NCBI GenBank assembly: GCA_977020255.1
Contig: CDROCS010001622.1
Location: 1 to 64,000, forward strand
Reading direction: 5' to 3'
Length of the DNA: 64,000 bases
Source of the DNA: Obrimoposthia wandeli
Lineage: Eukaryota
Below the pieces are notes generated by a model. The model ran no database searches. It was given only the letters and a program-made list of their open reading frames with translations, and was not told where the DNA came from. Made by a program: the position numbers and the translations under genes. Of the stretch, positions 8,148 through 18,041 are shown piece after piece. Positions within the stretch are counted from its first letter, which is position 1. The number at the start of each line of letters is the position of its first letter.

Positions 8148-8867
8148 TTATTGTTTGTTTAATTTCCAGTTATAAGTGAAATAGGTTAATTTATAATTGT
8201 TGGGTATTTTTTCTATTCTATATTTATTTATAAAATCTATTTCTTTTGTACCATTTAGGGTGAAATCTTCTTTGTACCATTTTAATATTTCTGAACCAAT
8301 TATTCTCTTCTTTTTGATGTTAATTTTTATAAAATAATTACCATTTAAAGCAAGTTTAGTTTGTTCTTCTAGTTGAGTCTCAAGTGTGTTAGGTAAGTAT
8401 GCTTTATTTATTATTGGAGGGCAGCCAATAGCTCCGCAAACCAGTACAAAATGAAAACGTGGATCTTTAAAATTAGCTCTTAAAAAGGTGTTTTCAATAT
8501 TATTTAAGGTAGTTTTAGTTCCTCCTATATTATAAGTTATTTTATCAAAAAAACCTGATATATCTAAAGGAGAATTGGTGGGGTAATTATTTATAATACC
8601 TTTTATAACGCTTAAATTGTAAGAGTTAATCCAAAAAGCTTTGTATACAGCCATGTTGGTTTTATCAACTTTTATATTTTTTGAAAGTTCTAATAACTCA
8701 TTTAAAGAATGGGGATTCTTGTAAATTGATGCATAATCAATTTTTCCATTTGAAACATTTAAGCTGAAAAAGGTAGAAGTTTTTTCAAAAAAGGAATCTA
8801 TATTTTGAGCTTTAGATTGAGTTTGTATCGTATATATAACAAATAATGTTAAAAGGATTTTTTTCAT
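8148..8867 (-). CDS. DUF547 domain-containing exported protein
   Basis: KAFWINSYN, TLNNIE, DPRFHFVLVCGAIGCP motifs; signal peptide. Confidence 0.88.
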   Translation of the reverse strand: MKKILLTLFVIYTIQTQSKAQNIDSFFEKTSTFFSLNVSNGKIDYASIYKNPHSLNELLELSKNIKVDKTNMAVYKAFWINSYNLSVIKGIINNYPTNSPLDISGFFDKITYNIGGTKTTLNNIENTFLRANFKDPRFHFVLVCGAIGCPPIINKAYLPNTLETQLEEQTKLALNGNYFIKINIKKKRIIGSEILKWYKEDFTLNGTKEIDFINKYRIEKIPNNYKLTYFTYNWKLNKQ

Positions 8868-9027
8868 AATTTATATTAATTTGATAAATAATAATTTGAT
8901 TACTTCAATAATTGTCATTCTTTTTTAAGTATCCTTACATATTATTTTAATTTAGATTCATTCTAAACTAGCATTTATGTTTAAGTAATTTATTTTTTTT
9001 TCGACCTACTACACATATTTAAAAAAT

Positions 9028-10326
9028 ATGGAACATATTGTAATTATAGGTAATGGTATTTCTGGTGTAACAGTTGCGCGTCATATTCGTAAAAAATCGG
9101 ATAAACGAATTACTATTATTTCTGCTGAATCTAAATTCTTTTTTTCAAGAACCGCTTTAATGTATGTATATATGGGACATTTAAAGTTTGAGCATACTCA
9201 GCCCTATGAAAATTGGTTTTGGGAAAAAAATAATATAGCATTAAAAGAAGGTTTGATTATAAAAGTTGAAACTGATACTAAAAAATTACTTTTAGAAAAC
9301 GGAGAAGTGCTGAATTATGACAAGTTAATTATAGCAACTGGTAGCCAACCGAATAAATTTGGATGGCCTGGTCAAGATTTAAAAGGTGTACAAGGATTAT
9401 ATAGTAAACAAGATTTAGAAAATTTAGAAAATTACGCGCCAAACAATACTATATGTAAACATGCTGTAATTGTTGGAGGTGGTTTAATAGGTATTGAACT
9501 TGCAGAAATGCTTAGAAGTAGAGCTATCGCTGTAACTTTTTTAATTCGTGAAGCTGGTTTCTGGAGGGGTGTTTTACCCAAAGAAGAAAGCGATATGATT
9601 GGTAGACATATTGAAGAACATCATATTGATATGAAACTTAGTTCAAATTTAAAAGAAATAATTTCAGATGAAAATGGAAAGGTTAAGGCTGTTGTTGTTG
9701 TAGAAACTGGAGAAACTATTCCTTGTGATTTTGTAGGGCTAACTGCCGGTGTTTCACCAAATATAAATTTTTTAAAATCATCAAATATTAATACAAATAG
9801 AGGTGTATTGGTAAATAAATTTTTAGAAACCAATATTAAAGATGTATATGCAATTGGTGATTGTGCAGAGCAGCATGTGGCAATAGGAGAAAGACGACCT
9901 GTTGAAGCTGTGTGGTATACGGGAAGAATGATGGGAGAAACTTTAGCACAAACAGTTTGTGGTAATAAATTAGAGTACAAACCTGGTAATTGGTTTAATT
10001 CAGCTAAGTTTTTAGATATTGAGTATCAAACATACGGTTGGGTTTGGCCAAATCCAAAAGAAAATGAAGAGCATTTTTACTGGGAACACGCAAAAAATAA
10101 TATATGTTTAAGATTTAATTACAATAAAATATCTAGACAGTTTTTGGGTGTAAATACCTTTGGAATTAGAATGCGACATGATGTTATGGACAATTGGCTT
10201 ACAAACCATAAATCTATAGATTATGTAATTTCTCATCTTACAGAAGCAAATTTTGATCCAGAGTTTTATAAACGTTTTGAGAAGGAGATTTCAATTTTAT
10301 TTAAAAAACAATTAGCAACGGCTTAA
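9028..10326 (+). CDS. FAD/NAD(P)H-dependent pyridine nucleotide-disulfide oxidoreductase family protein
   Basis: IIGNGISG FAD motif, ATGS, IVGGGLIGIELAE NADH motif, VYAIGDCA. Confidence 0.88.
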   Translation: MEHIVIIGNGISGVTVARHIRKKSDKRITIISAESKFFFSRTALMYVYMGHLKFEHTQPYENWFWEKNNIALKEGLIIKVETDTKKLLLENGEVLNYDKLIIATGSQPNKFGWPGQDLKGVQGLYSKQDLENLENYAPNNTICKHAVIVGGGLIGIELAEMLRSRAIAVTFLIREAGFWRGVLPKEESDMIGRHIEEHHIDMKLSSNLKEIISDENGKVKAVVVVETGETIPCDFVGLTAGVSPNINFLKSSNINTNRGVLVNKFLETNIKDVYAIGDCAEQHVAIGERRPVEAVWYTGRMMGETLAQTVCGNKLEYKPGNWFNSAKFLDIEYQTYGWVWPNPKENEEHFYWEHAKNNICLRFNYNKISRQFLGVNTFGIRMRHDVMDNWLTNHKSIDYVISHLTEANFDPEFYKRFEKEISILFKKQLATA

Positions 10327-10335
10327 ATTATAATT

Positions 10336-11748
10336 ATGAATAAAAATTCAAGTTTCTCAATTTCAAATCCACAAAAATTAAAATTAGATGCTATCCAAAA
10401 AATAGGCTTAGTGTTAGTAATGATTGGGTTATCTGTATTGGTATTAGCTTTTTTTGGAATTACCTTTAAGTACCCAACAGTTTTTTTAACTATTGCAATA
10501 AGCTTAATTTTTGGAGGTACAGTAATTTACGCTCAACAAACTTATTTATTACAACCAAAAGGTATAAAAAACAATTTTGTTTGGTTTAACACTTTATCCA
10601 ATAGAGGTGTTTTTGGTTGGTTGTTAGGTATTGTACTAACGCTGTTTTATGTATTGTTATATTGGTTTCCTAAATATTTAGGCTTTGATTCAAATGGCAT
10701 TTCTAATAGTGGTTTAGTTGCATTGTTTGATCCTTTAAGTTTATTTTTTAAAGGGAAAATAGCGAGTCAATGGTTTGTGTATGGAACATTATACACGTTA
10801 CTTATTACTTCATTAGGAATAAAATTTATTTTTAAGTATAGGCATAACCGATATCAGATAATTAGAACAATAGTAGTTATAGTTTCACAGTTATTTTTAG
10901 CCTATTTAATTCCTGAAATTTTAGAAGGGTTAAATTCAGACTTACCTTATTTTTCAAAAGACATTAAAAATATGTGGCCTTTAAACTATTACTTTTTTGA
11001 GCCTTGGCATATCGATAATATGAAAAATGGAGGAACTTTAGGTATGTTTTATTTAGTTTCAGGTATATTTATGTTCTTAGTTTTTACACCCATTATAACT
11101 TATTACGTAGGAAAACGTTGGTATTGCTCATGGATTTGTGGATGTGGAGGTTTAGCAGAAACTGCAGGGGATTCATTTCGTCAGTTATCGTCTAAAACAT
11201 TGTCATCATGGAAAATTGAACGCTGGATGATTCATATAGTTATGGTATTAGTTTTTATTGTAACCGCAGTAGTTTTATATGGGTATTTTACAAATACCGG
11301 TGAGTTTTTAGGATTAAGTATTTATAATTATTTTAGTAAACCTTATGGTTTTGTTATTGGAGCAATGTTTTCTGGAGTTGTTGGTGTAGGGTTTTACCCA
11401 ATTTTAGGAAGTCGAATTTGGTGTAGATTTGGTTGCCCTTTGGCTGGGTATATGGGGTTATTTCAACGTTTTAAATCTCGATTTAGAATAACAACAAATG
11501 GAGGTCAGTGTATTTCTTGTGGAAATTGCTCAACTTATTGTGAACAAGGGATTGATGTTAGAGCTTATGCACAAAAAGGAGAAAATATTGTTAGAGCAAG
11601 TTGTGTTGGATGTGGAATTTGTTCAGCGGTATGTCCTAGAGGTGTATTAAAACTTGAAAACGGAGAAGAAAAAGGACGTATTAATCCAACCGATGTTTTA
11701 TTAGGTAATGATGTTGATTTAATGAATTATGTGAATAAAAATAAATAA
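10336..11748 (+). CDS. Polytopic membrane 4Fe-4S protein (NapH/MauN/NosR-like)
   Basis: Many TM helices, YCSWICGCG and WCRFGCP motifs, two ferredoxin motifs CISCGNCSTYC and CVGCGICSAVC. Confidence 0.88.
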   Translation: MNKNSSFSISNPQKLKLDAIQKIGLVLVMIGLSVLVLAFFGITFKYPTVFLTIAISLIFGGTVIYAQQTYLLQPKGIKNNFVWFNTLSNRGVFGWLLGIVLTLFYVLLYWFPKYLGFDSNGISNSGLVALFDPLSLFFKGKIASQWFVYGTLYTLLITSLGIKFIFKYRHNRYQIIRTIVVIVSQLFLAYLIPEILEGLNSDLPYFSKDIKNMWPLNYYFFEPWHIDNMKNGGTLGMFYLVSGIFMFLVFTPIITYYVGKRWYCSWICGCGGLAETAGDSFRQLSSKTLSSWKIERWMIHIVMVLVFIVTAVVLYGYFTNTGEFLGLSIYNYFSKPYGFVIGAMFSGVVGVGFYPILGSRIWCRFGCPLAGYMGLFQRFKSRFRITTNGGQCISCGNCSTYCEQGIDVRAYAQKGENIVRASCVGCGICSAVCPRGVLKLENGEEKGRINPTDVLLGNDVDLMNYVNKNK

Positions 11749-11761
11749 TAATATTTATATT

Positions 11762-12259
11762 TTGAAGAAAGGAATGATTAAACAGTTTTTAATTAGAGTT
11801 TTAGTTGTGATTGGATTCCAATTTTTAGGGCTAAATTCATTTGCTCAAGATATTGAATATAAAAAAAGTTATTATAACAATGGCGTTTTAAAATCGGAGG
11901 GATGGATTGAAAATAACTTGAAAAAAGGGTATTGGAAATTTTATTATTCTAACGGTAATAAAGAAAAAGAAGGAAGATTTAAAAAAGGTTTAGAGAATAA
12001 ATATTGGTTCTATTTTAAAGACAATAAAAATAAATTAAAAGAAGGACATTTTGTTAGCGGTCAAAAAAATGATTGGTGGATTATTTATGCGACCTCTAAT
12101 TCCATTGATGAAAAAATTCAATATAAAAACAATAAAAAAAATGGCTATTGTTTGTGTTATAAAAAAAACAAATTGGTTAAAATAGAACGATTTACAAATG
12201 ATATTAAGGAAGGCGAATGGACAGATTTAAAAAAATTTAAGAAAGAAAATAAATTTTAA
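11762..12259 (+). CDS. MORN-variant repeat (YwqK-like) exported protein
   Basis: Repeated KGxWxxYYxNGxxxxEG units; signal peptide; ATG at 11774 is a possible alternative start. Confidence 0.75.
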   Translation: MKKGMIKQFLIRVLVVIGFQFLGLNSFAQDIEYKKSYYNNGVLKSEGWIENNLKKGYWKFYYSNGNKEKEGRFKKGLENKYWFYFKDNKNKLKEGHFVSGQKNDWWIIYATSNSIDEKIQYKNNKKNGYCLCYKKNKLVKIERFTNDIKEGEWTDLKKFKKENKF

Positions 12260-12945
12260 TGATAATAAAAGTTATTATACCTGCTTTTAATGAGCAAGAT
12301 TCAATTACTAATGTAATTAGTGAAATACCAAATTTAGTTAATGAGATTATTGTAGTAAATAATAACTCAACGGATGCTACAGAAAATAAAGCAAAACAAG
12401 CTGGGGCAACAGTATTAAATGAAGTTAGAAAAGGTTATGGTTATGCATGTTTAAAAGGAATTCATTATATTAATGAACAAAAAATAAAACCAGATATTGT
12501 TGTGTTTTTAGATGGAGATTATAGTGATTATCCTGAAGATTTAACGGAAATTATTGATCCTATTTCAGCTGAAAATATAGATTTTGTTATTGGATCTAGA
12601 GTAGCTCGTTTAAGAGAAAGTGGCTCTATGACTCCTCAACAAATTTTTGGCAATTGGTTAGCAACTAGTTTAATGCGTGTTATGTTTAAAGCTAATTTTA
12701 CAGATTTAGGTCCTTTTAGAGCTATAAAATATAATAAGCTAATAGCTTTAAACATGGAAGATAAAACTTATGGATGGACCGTAGAAATGCAATTAAAAGT
12801 TCTAAAAAGTAAATTGTCCTATGTAGAAGTACCCGTGAGGTATAAAAAGCGAATTGGAGTGTCTAAAGTTTCTGGTACAATACAAGGATCTGTTATGGCA
12901 GGAATTAAAATTTTAGGTTGGATTTTTAAATACAGTTTTAAATAA
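12259..12945 (+). CDS. GT2 glycosyltransferase, polyprenol-phosphate sugar synthase (DPM1-like)
   Basis: VIIPAFNE, NNSTD, GYGYACLKG, FLDGD, FVIGSR, TDLGPFRA, YGWTVEMQ, RIGVSK. Confidence 0.85.
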   Translation: MIIKVIIPAFNEQDSITNVISEIPNLVNEIIVVNNNSTDATENKAKQAGATVLNEVRKGYGYACLKGIHYINEQKIKPDIVVFLDGDYSDYPEDLTEIIDPISAENIDFVIGSRVARLRESGSMTPQQIFGNWLATSLMRVMFKANFTDLGPFRAIKYNKLIALNMEDKTYGWTVEMQLKVLKSKLSYVEVPVRYKKRIGVSKVSGTIQGSVMAGIKILGWIFKYSFK

Positions 12946-14435
12946 TGATTATAGAAACTATACTAATTGTAATTTACTCAATTTCTTTGTTGCTAATATT
13001 TTTATATGCACTAGCACAATTAAATTTATTAATTAATTACATTTCGGCAAAAAAAAATAAGGATGAGAGTCCTAAATTTGATTTTTCAAATAAAAATGAA
13101 ATTCCTTTTGTAACTATTCAACTTCCGGTATATAATGAGTTATATGTTATGGAAAGACTTTTAGAGAACATATCTAAAATAGATTATCCTAAAGATAGGT
13201 TTGAAATTCAGGTTTTAGATGATTCTACAGATGAATCTGTTTCTTTAACTTTAAAACTTATAAAAAAATTAAAAGCTTTAGGTTTAAATGTATATCATAT
13301 TACTCGAAAAGATAGAGTAGGTTTTAAAGCAGGTGCACTTAAAGAGGGATTGAATACCGCTAAAGGTGAATTTATAGCAATTTTTGATGCAGATTTTCTT
13401 CCTAAGCCAGATTGGTTAAATTGTACAATTCCATATTTTAAGGATACAAAAATTGGTGTTGTGCAAACTCGCTGGGGACATATAAATAGAAATTATTCAA
13501 TTTTAACAAAAATTCAAGCTTTTGCGTTGGATGCTCATTTTACTTTAGAACAAGTTGGGCGAAATAGTAAAGGTCATTTTATAAATTTTAATGGTACGGC
13601 CGGTGTATGGAGAAAAACATGTATAATTGATGCCGGTAATTGGGAAGGAGATACTTTAACAGAAGATTTAGATTTAAGTTATAGAGCCCAACTTAAAAAT
13701 TGGAAATTTAAGTATTTAGAGCATGTTGAAACTCCAGCAGAATTGCCTGTTGTTATCAGCGCAGCAAAAACCCAACAATTTAGATGGAATAAAGGTGGGG
13801 CTGAAAATTTTAGAAAAATGTTGCTCAAAATAATAAAGAGTGATAATATACCTCTAAAAACAAAAGTACATGGTGTTTTACATTTGTTAAATAGTACCAT
13901 GTTTTTAAATATTTTTATAGTTGCTGTTTTAAGTATTCCAATGCTTTACTTGAAAAATGAATATGCACATTTAAAAATATATTTTTATGTCATGAGTTTC
14001 TTTGTAGTTAGTACCATAATATTTTTTATTTGCTATTGGTTTATGTATAAAAGTATTTATGGAAGTAGCTTTAAAAGTTTTATAAATTACATTACCATGT
14101 TTTTTACTTTTTTTTCAATAGCAATGGGATTTTCGCTACATAATTCAATAGCAGTTTTAGAAGGTCATTTAGGAAAAAGAAGTGAATTTGTTAGAACTCC
14201 AAAATTTAATATAAATAGTTTAAAAGATTCTTGGAAAGGAAATAAATACATAAAAAACAAACTGTCTCTAAATGTGTTTATTGAAGGTTTACTAACGTTA
14301 TATTTTGCATTTGGAATGTATAGTGCTTTTATTGTAGGAGATCAGGGTGGCGATTTTGGATTATTTCCCTTTCATTTTATGTTATTTTGTGGGTTTGGCT
14401 ATGTGTTTTTGAAATCAATTACTTCTAAAATTTAA
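12945..14435 (+). CDS. Processive GT2 (cellulose synthase-like, CslA/C type) membrane glycosyltransferase
   Basis: QLPVYNE, QVLDDSTD, GFKAGAL, IFDAD, TEDLDLS, QQFRW (D,D,D,QxxRW) and C-terminal TMs. Confidence 0.9.
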   Translation: MIIETILIVIYSISLLLIFLYALAQLNLLINYISAKKNKDESPKFDFSNKNEIPFVTIQLPVYNELYVMERLLENISKIDYPKDRFEIQVLDDSTDESVSLTLKLIKKLKALGLNVYHITRKDRVGFKAGALKEGLNTAKGEFIAIFDADFLPKPDWLNCTIPYFKDTKIGVVQTRWGHINRNYSILTKIQAFALDAHFTLEQVGRNSKGHFINFNGTAGVWRKTCIIDAGNWEGDTLTEDLDLSYRAQLKNWKFKYLEHVETPAELPVVISAAKTQQFRWNKGGAENFRKMLLKIIKSDNIPLKTKVHGVLHLLNSTMFLNIFIVAVLSIPMLYLKNEYAHLKIYFYVMSFFVVSTIIFFICYWFMYKSIYGSSFKSFINYITMFFTFFSIAMGFSLHNSIAVLEGHLGKRSEFVRTPKFNINSLKDSWKGNKYIKNKLSLNVFIEGLLTLYFAFGMYSAFIVGDQGGDFGLFPFHFMLFCGFGYVFLKSITSKI

Positions 14436-14459
14436 ATTGAGTATTTATATTCATTAATA

Positions 14460-15806
14460 ATGAAAGATAGTATAAAAAATAATTACATACCGTTAATTTT
14501 AGCAGCTATAATTGGTTTTTTGTATTTACAATTTGCCTATGATTTAGAAAGAACTTCCTACGGGAAATTATTGATATTATACACTGGTTTGTTTTTATTA
14601 ACGTATAAATTAATAGAACTATCAAAAGATAATTTTAAGTTATTAGTTGTCTTTTCAATTATAATAAGACTCTTATTTTTGTTCGCTATTCCAAATTTAT
14701 CACAAGATTTTTATCGTTTTATTTGGGATGGTAGAATGATTTTGGAAGGAGTAAATCCTTATTTGTTCACTCCAGAATCTTTTATGCAGAATAATGTTTT
14801 ACCTGTTGAGCAATCAATTGAGTTGTATAATGGTATGGGAACTTTAAACGGAAGTCATTTTACAAACTATCCTCCAGTAAATCAGTTTTGTTTTATGCTT
14901 GCAAGCTTATTTAATAATAGCAGTATCTTAGGGTCTGTAATTGTTTTGAGAGTTCTTATAATTTTAGCAGATTTAGGGATTTTGTATGTTGGTTTAAAAT
15001 TGCTAAAAAGTTTAAAATTATCTAAATATAATATTTTTTTATATGCATTAAATCCATTTGTTATAATTGAACTTACTGGAAATCTTCATTTCGAAGGAAT
15101 AATGATTTTCTTTTTAATTTGGAGCATGTATCTTCTTTATCAAAATAAGTGGAAATGGGCAGCAGTACTATTTGCATTATCTGTTTCAACAAAATTAATT
15201 CCTTTAATATTTTTGCCGTTATTATTTCAAAAATTAAGATTGAAAAAAAGTATAGGTTTTTATAGTATTGTTATATTTATAAACGTGATGCTTTTTTTAC
15301 CGTTTTTCACAATAGGTTTTGTTGATAATTATTTGAAAACTGTAGGTTTATGGTTTCAAAATTTTGAATTTAATGCAAGTCTATATTATATAGCCAGAGA
15401 AATTGGATATTTATTTCGTGGTTATAATGAAATCGCTATAATTGGTAAAGTTATACCACTAATTGTGGTAATTTTTGTTGTGATAATTACATTTTTAAGA
15501 AGAAATAAATCATTTATAGAATTATTTTCAGCAATGCTTTTGGTATTGTCTTTTTATTATTTTACTGCAACAACAGTGCATCCGTGGTATATAGCCTTAC
15601 TTTTAATAATAACAATTTTTACAAAATATAGATTTCCTGTAGTTTGGAGTTTTATTATTATAGTTAGCTATTTGGCTTATGCTAGTTCTAATAATAAAGA
15701 AAATTTGTGGTTAATTGCTATTGAATATTTAGTGGTCTATGGTTATTTTGTGTACGAATTATTTATAAAAAAACACAAACTTAAAAGTAGCTTTTACTAT
15801 ATTTAA
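14460..15806 (+). CDS. GT-C fold lipid-phosphosugar-dependent transferase (GT87/DUF2029, mannosyltransferase-like)
   Basis: SQDFYRFIWDG first-loop acidic motif, NYPP, NPFVIIELTGNLHFE, HPWY, many TM helices. Confidence 0.78.
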   Translation: MKDSIKNNYIPLILAAIIGFLYLQFAYDLERTSYGKLLILYTGLFLLTYKLIELSKDNFKLLVVFSIIIRLLFLFAIPNLSQDFYRFIWDGRMILEGVNPYLFTPESFMQNNVLPVEQSIELYNGMGTLNGSHFTNYPPVNQFCFMLASLFNNSSILGSVIVLRVLIILADLGILYVGLKLLKSLKLSKYNIFLYALNPFVIIELTGNLHFEGIMIFFLIWSMYLLYQNKWKWAAVLFALSVSTKLIPLIFLPLLFQKLRLKKSIGFYSIVIFINVMLFLPFFTIGFVDNYLKTVGLWFQNFEFNASLYYIAREIGYLFRGYNEIAIIGKVIPLIVVIFVVIITFLRRNKSFIELFSAMLLVLSFYYFTATTVHPWYIALLLIITIFTKYRFPVVWSFIIIVSYLAYASSNNKENLWLIAIEYLVVYGYFVYELFIKKHKLKSSFYYI

Positions 15807-15827
15807 ATACCGTTTTTTATTGGTAAA

Positions 15828-17573
15828 TTAAAATATTTTATAAATTGGTAATCTTAAATGAGCCTTTTCATAATAAGGTGATTTTTTATAAATAAAATCT
15901 AATTGAGCTCTTGGGTTTTTAGCAAAAACTTTATCAGATTTTAATTTAGTATCAAATTTATTTTTTATTGAAGGGTTCTCTTTTAGAAACTGCGCTGCAA
16001 TATCTTCAAACACATAACCAGAATATCCTTCTTTTTGTTGTAAAATAGCATCGAAAAAATTCCAGTTAAAAAAGGAGTCAGTTGCAGACGCTTCCAATGT
16101 TTCCATTATATAACGAGCACCTTTTTGATTTATTGGAATGTAAATATCACCTTTTTTAAATTTTATTTCTTTTGAAGTTGAAGTTATAGATGTGTTATAG
16201 TGTAAATAATGTCCTTCATAAGGACTATTTCTAGTTTTATAATCTTTAATATGTTGCTCTAAAGAAGTTATAGTAGTGTCGTTATTAAACAACGTAAATT
16301 TAATATTGTTGTCTTTTAATCTGTCTAATATTTTCCACCAACCTTGTTTTAAAACATATGCTTTTGGAATTTCAATTTGAGTTGTTTCCTTAAATTGATT
16401 GAAGTATTTAACAGGTTTGGAGAAGGGCTTTGATCTATCGTAGAATAAGCGTTTACCATTAGTTACTTTACTGTCAATAAAAGTTCCTTCAAAACCTTTA
16501 AAATTGAACATAGTAAAATTAGTTTTGTCTAGTTCGTATGCAATAGGATATGTTTTTTTATTTAAAATTTCAGCCAATGCATTTTTGCGTAATTCTTTTA
16601 TTTTTGAACCATTTTTAATTGTATAATCTATGGTTGTTTCTAACATTTTATAAGTTAGTTCAACACGTTGTTTGTACGGTTTTAGCATATGGGTTTCAAC
16701 CATTAAACCTAATGTATTAAACAATGTAGAATATCCACTAGAATATCTTGGAGAATCAAAAAACTGGCTAAAGCCATTGTCTGGTGTTTTACCCCAAACA
16801 TTTACATACGGTGTAATAATAATATCCTTTTTAAGAAGAGAAGCTTCAATTTTAGGACGCATTTCATTTTCAATAAAATCACCTAAATTATTACCCAATT
16901 TATTGTGTTGAGTAAATAAATGTGTAATTGCATATTGGTAGTCCGCACCATTGCTAACGTGGTTTTCAATAAATACATCTGGATCTACTAATTGAAATAT
17001 TTTAGCAAACGATCTAGCATTTTTAGTATCTGTTTTTATAAAGTCTCTATTTAAATCAAAATTTCTAGAATTCCCTCTAAATCCATATTCTTTAGGACCA
17101 TTTTGGTTAGCTCTGGAATGACTATTTCTATTTAACGCACCACCAATATTGTAGATTGGAATAAAAACGAGTACCACATTTTCGTACGCTTTTATGCTAT
17201 TTTTATCCTGAACAATATCTCGTAATAATAGCATTGAAGCATCCACACCATCAGATTCACCTGGATGAATGGCATTGTTTATTAAAATAACATTTTTAGA
17301 ACCCTGTTTAATTTTATCAAAATCAAATTCTTTTGAACTATTAAATACAACAATATGAAGAGGATATCCACTATCTGTATCACCCATTTCAATAAGTGAT
17401 ATTTCTGAAAAAGAATGCGCTAAATTCTCAAAATATTCAATGGTCTCTTTATAGGTTGTAGTTTCTGTACCCTTGGTTTTTTCAAATTTAGTTGTAAAAT
17501 CTATATTTTTAGTTGTTTGTGGTTCAGTGCAAGAAAATACAACTAGAAATATTAGAAAAACTGATTTTTTCAT
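15828..17573 (-). CDS. M14 family zinc carboxypeptidase, lipoprotein
   Basis: Lipobox VVFSC, IHPGESDG (HxxE), NFDLNRDF, ENH. Confidence 0.85.
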   Translation of the reverse strand: MKKSVFLIFLVVFSCTEPQTTKNIDFTTKFEKTKGTETTTYKETIEYFENLAHSFSEISLIEMGDTDSGYPLHIVVFNSSKEFDFDKIKQGSKNVILINNAIHPGESDGVDASMLLLRDIVQDKNSIKAYENVVLVFIPIYNIGGALNRNSHSRANQNGPKEYGFRGNSRNFDLNRDFIKTDTKNARSFAKIFQLVDPDVFIENHVSNGADYQYAITHLFTQHNKLGNNLGDFIENEMRPKIEASLLKKDIIITPYVNVWGKTPDNGFSQFFDSPRYSSGYSTLFNTLGLMVETHMLKPYKQRVELTYKMLETTIDYTIKNGSKIKELRKNALAEILNKKTYPIAYELDKTNFTMFNFKGFEGTFIDSKVTNGKRLFYDRSKPFSKPVKYFNQFKETTQIEIPKAYVLKQGWWKILDRLKDNNIKFTLFNNDTTITSLEQHIKDYKTRNSPYEGHYLHYNTSITSTSKEIKFKKGDIYIPINQKGARYIMETLEASATDSFFNWNFFDAILQQKEGYSGYVFEDIAAQFLKENPSIKNKFDTKLKSDKVFAKNPRAQLDFIYKKSPYYEKAHLRLPIYKIF

Positions 17574-17582
17574 AAAGGTTTG

Positions 17583-18038
17583 TTATTTGTTTAAAACACT
17601 TTTTGGAACAAAAATAGAAATATCACCACCGTGACTGTAAACATCTCTTACAATGCTAGAACTTATAAATGCAGTTTCAGCTGAAGTTAATAAGAAAACT
17701 GTTTCAATTCCAACCAATTTTCTATTGGTTTGAGCAATTGCTTTTTCAAATTCAAAATCTGCTGGATTTCTAAGTCCTCTCAAAATAAAATCTGCATCAA
17801 TTTTTTTGCAAAAATCAATAGTCAACCCTTCGTAAGTATCAACTTTTATTTTAGATTCAGTTTTATAATTTTCTTTTATAAAGTTTACACGTTCTTCAAG
17901 TGAAAACATATATTTTTTATCTGCATTAATACCAATGGCAATAATTATTTCATCAAACAGTGGTAAAGCTCTATTGATAATATCAACATGTCCTAATGTT
18001 ACTGGATCAAAAGATCCTGGAAAAATTGCTCTTCTCAT
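17583..18038 (-). CDS. coaD: Pantetheine-phosphate adenylyltransferase
   Basis: FPGSFDPVTLGH, ILRGLR, ISSSIVR. Confidence 0.97.
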   Translation of the reverse strand: MRRAIFPGSFDPVTLGHVDIINRALPLFDEIIIAIGINADKKYMFSLEERVNFIKENYKTESKIKVDTYEGLTIDFCKKIDADFILRGLRNPADFEFEKAIAQTNRKLVGIETVFLLTSAETAFISSSIVRDVYSHGGDISIFVPKSVLNK

Positions 18039-18041
18039 TTT

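Noticed and set aside
11762-12259. Toxin-antitoxin system implied by the YwqK label
   Set aside because: No toxin gene is adjacent; the protein is an exported MORN-repeat protein inside a glycosylation operon
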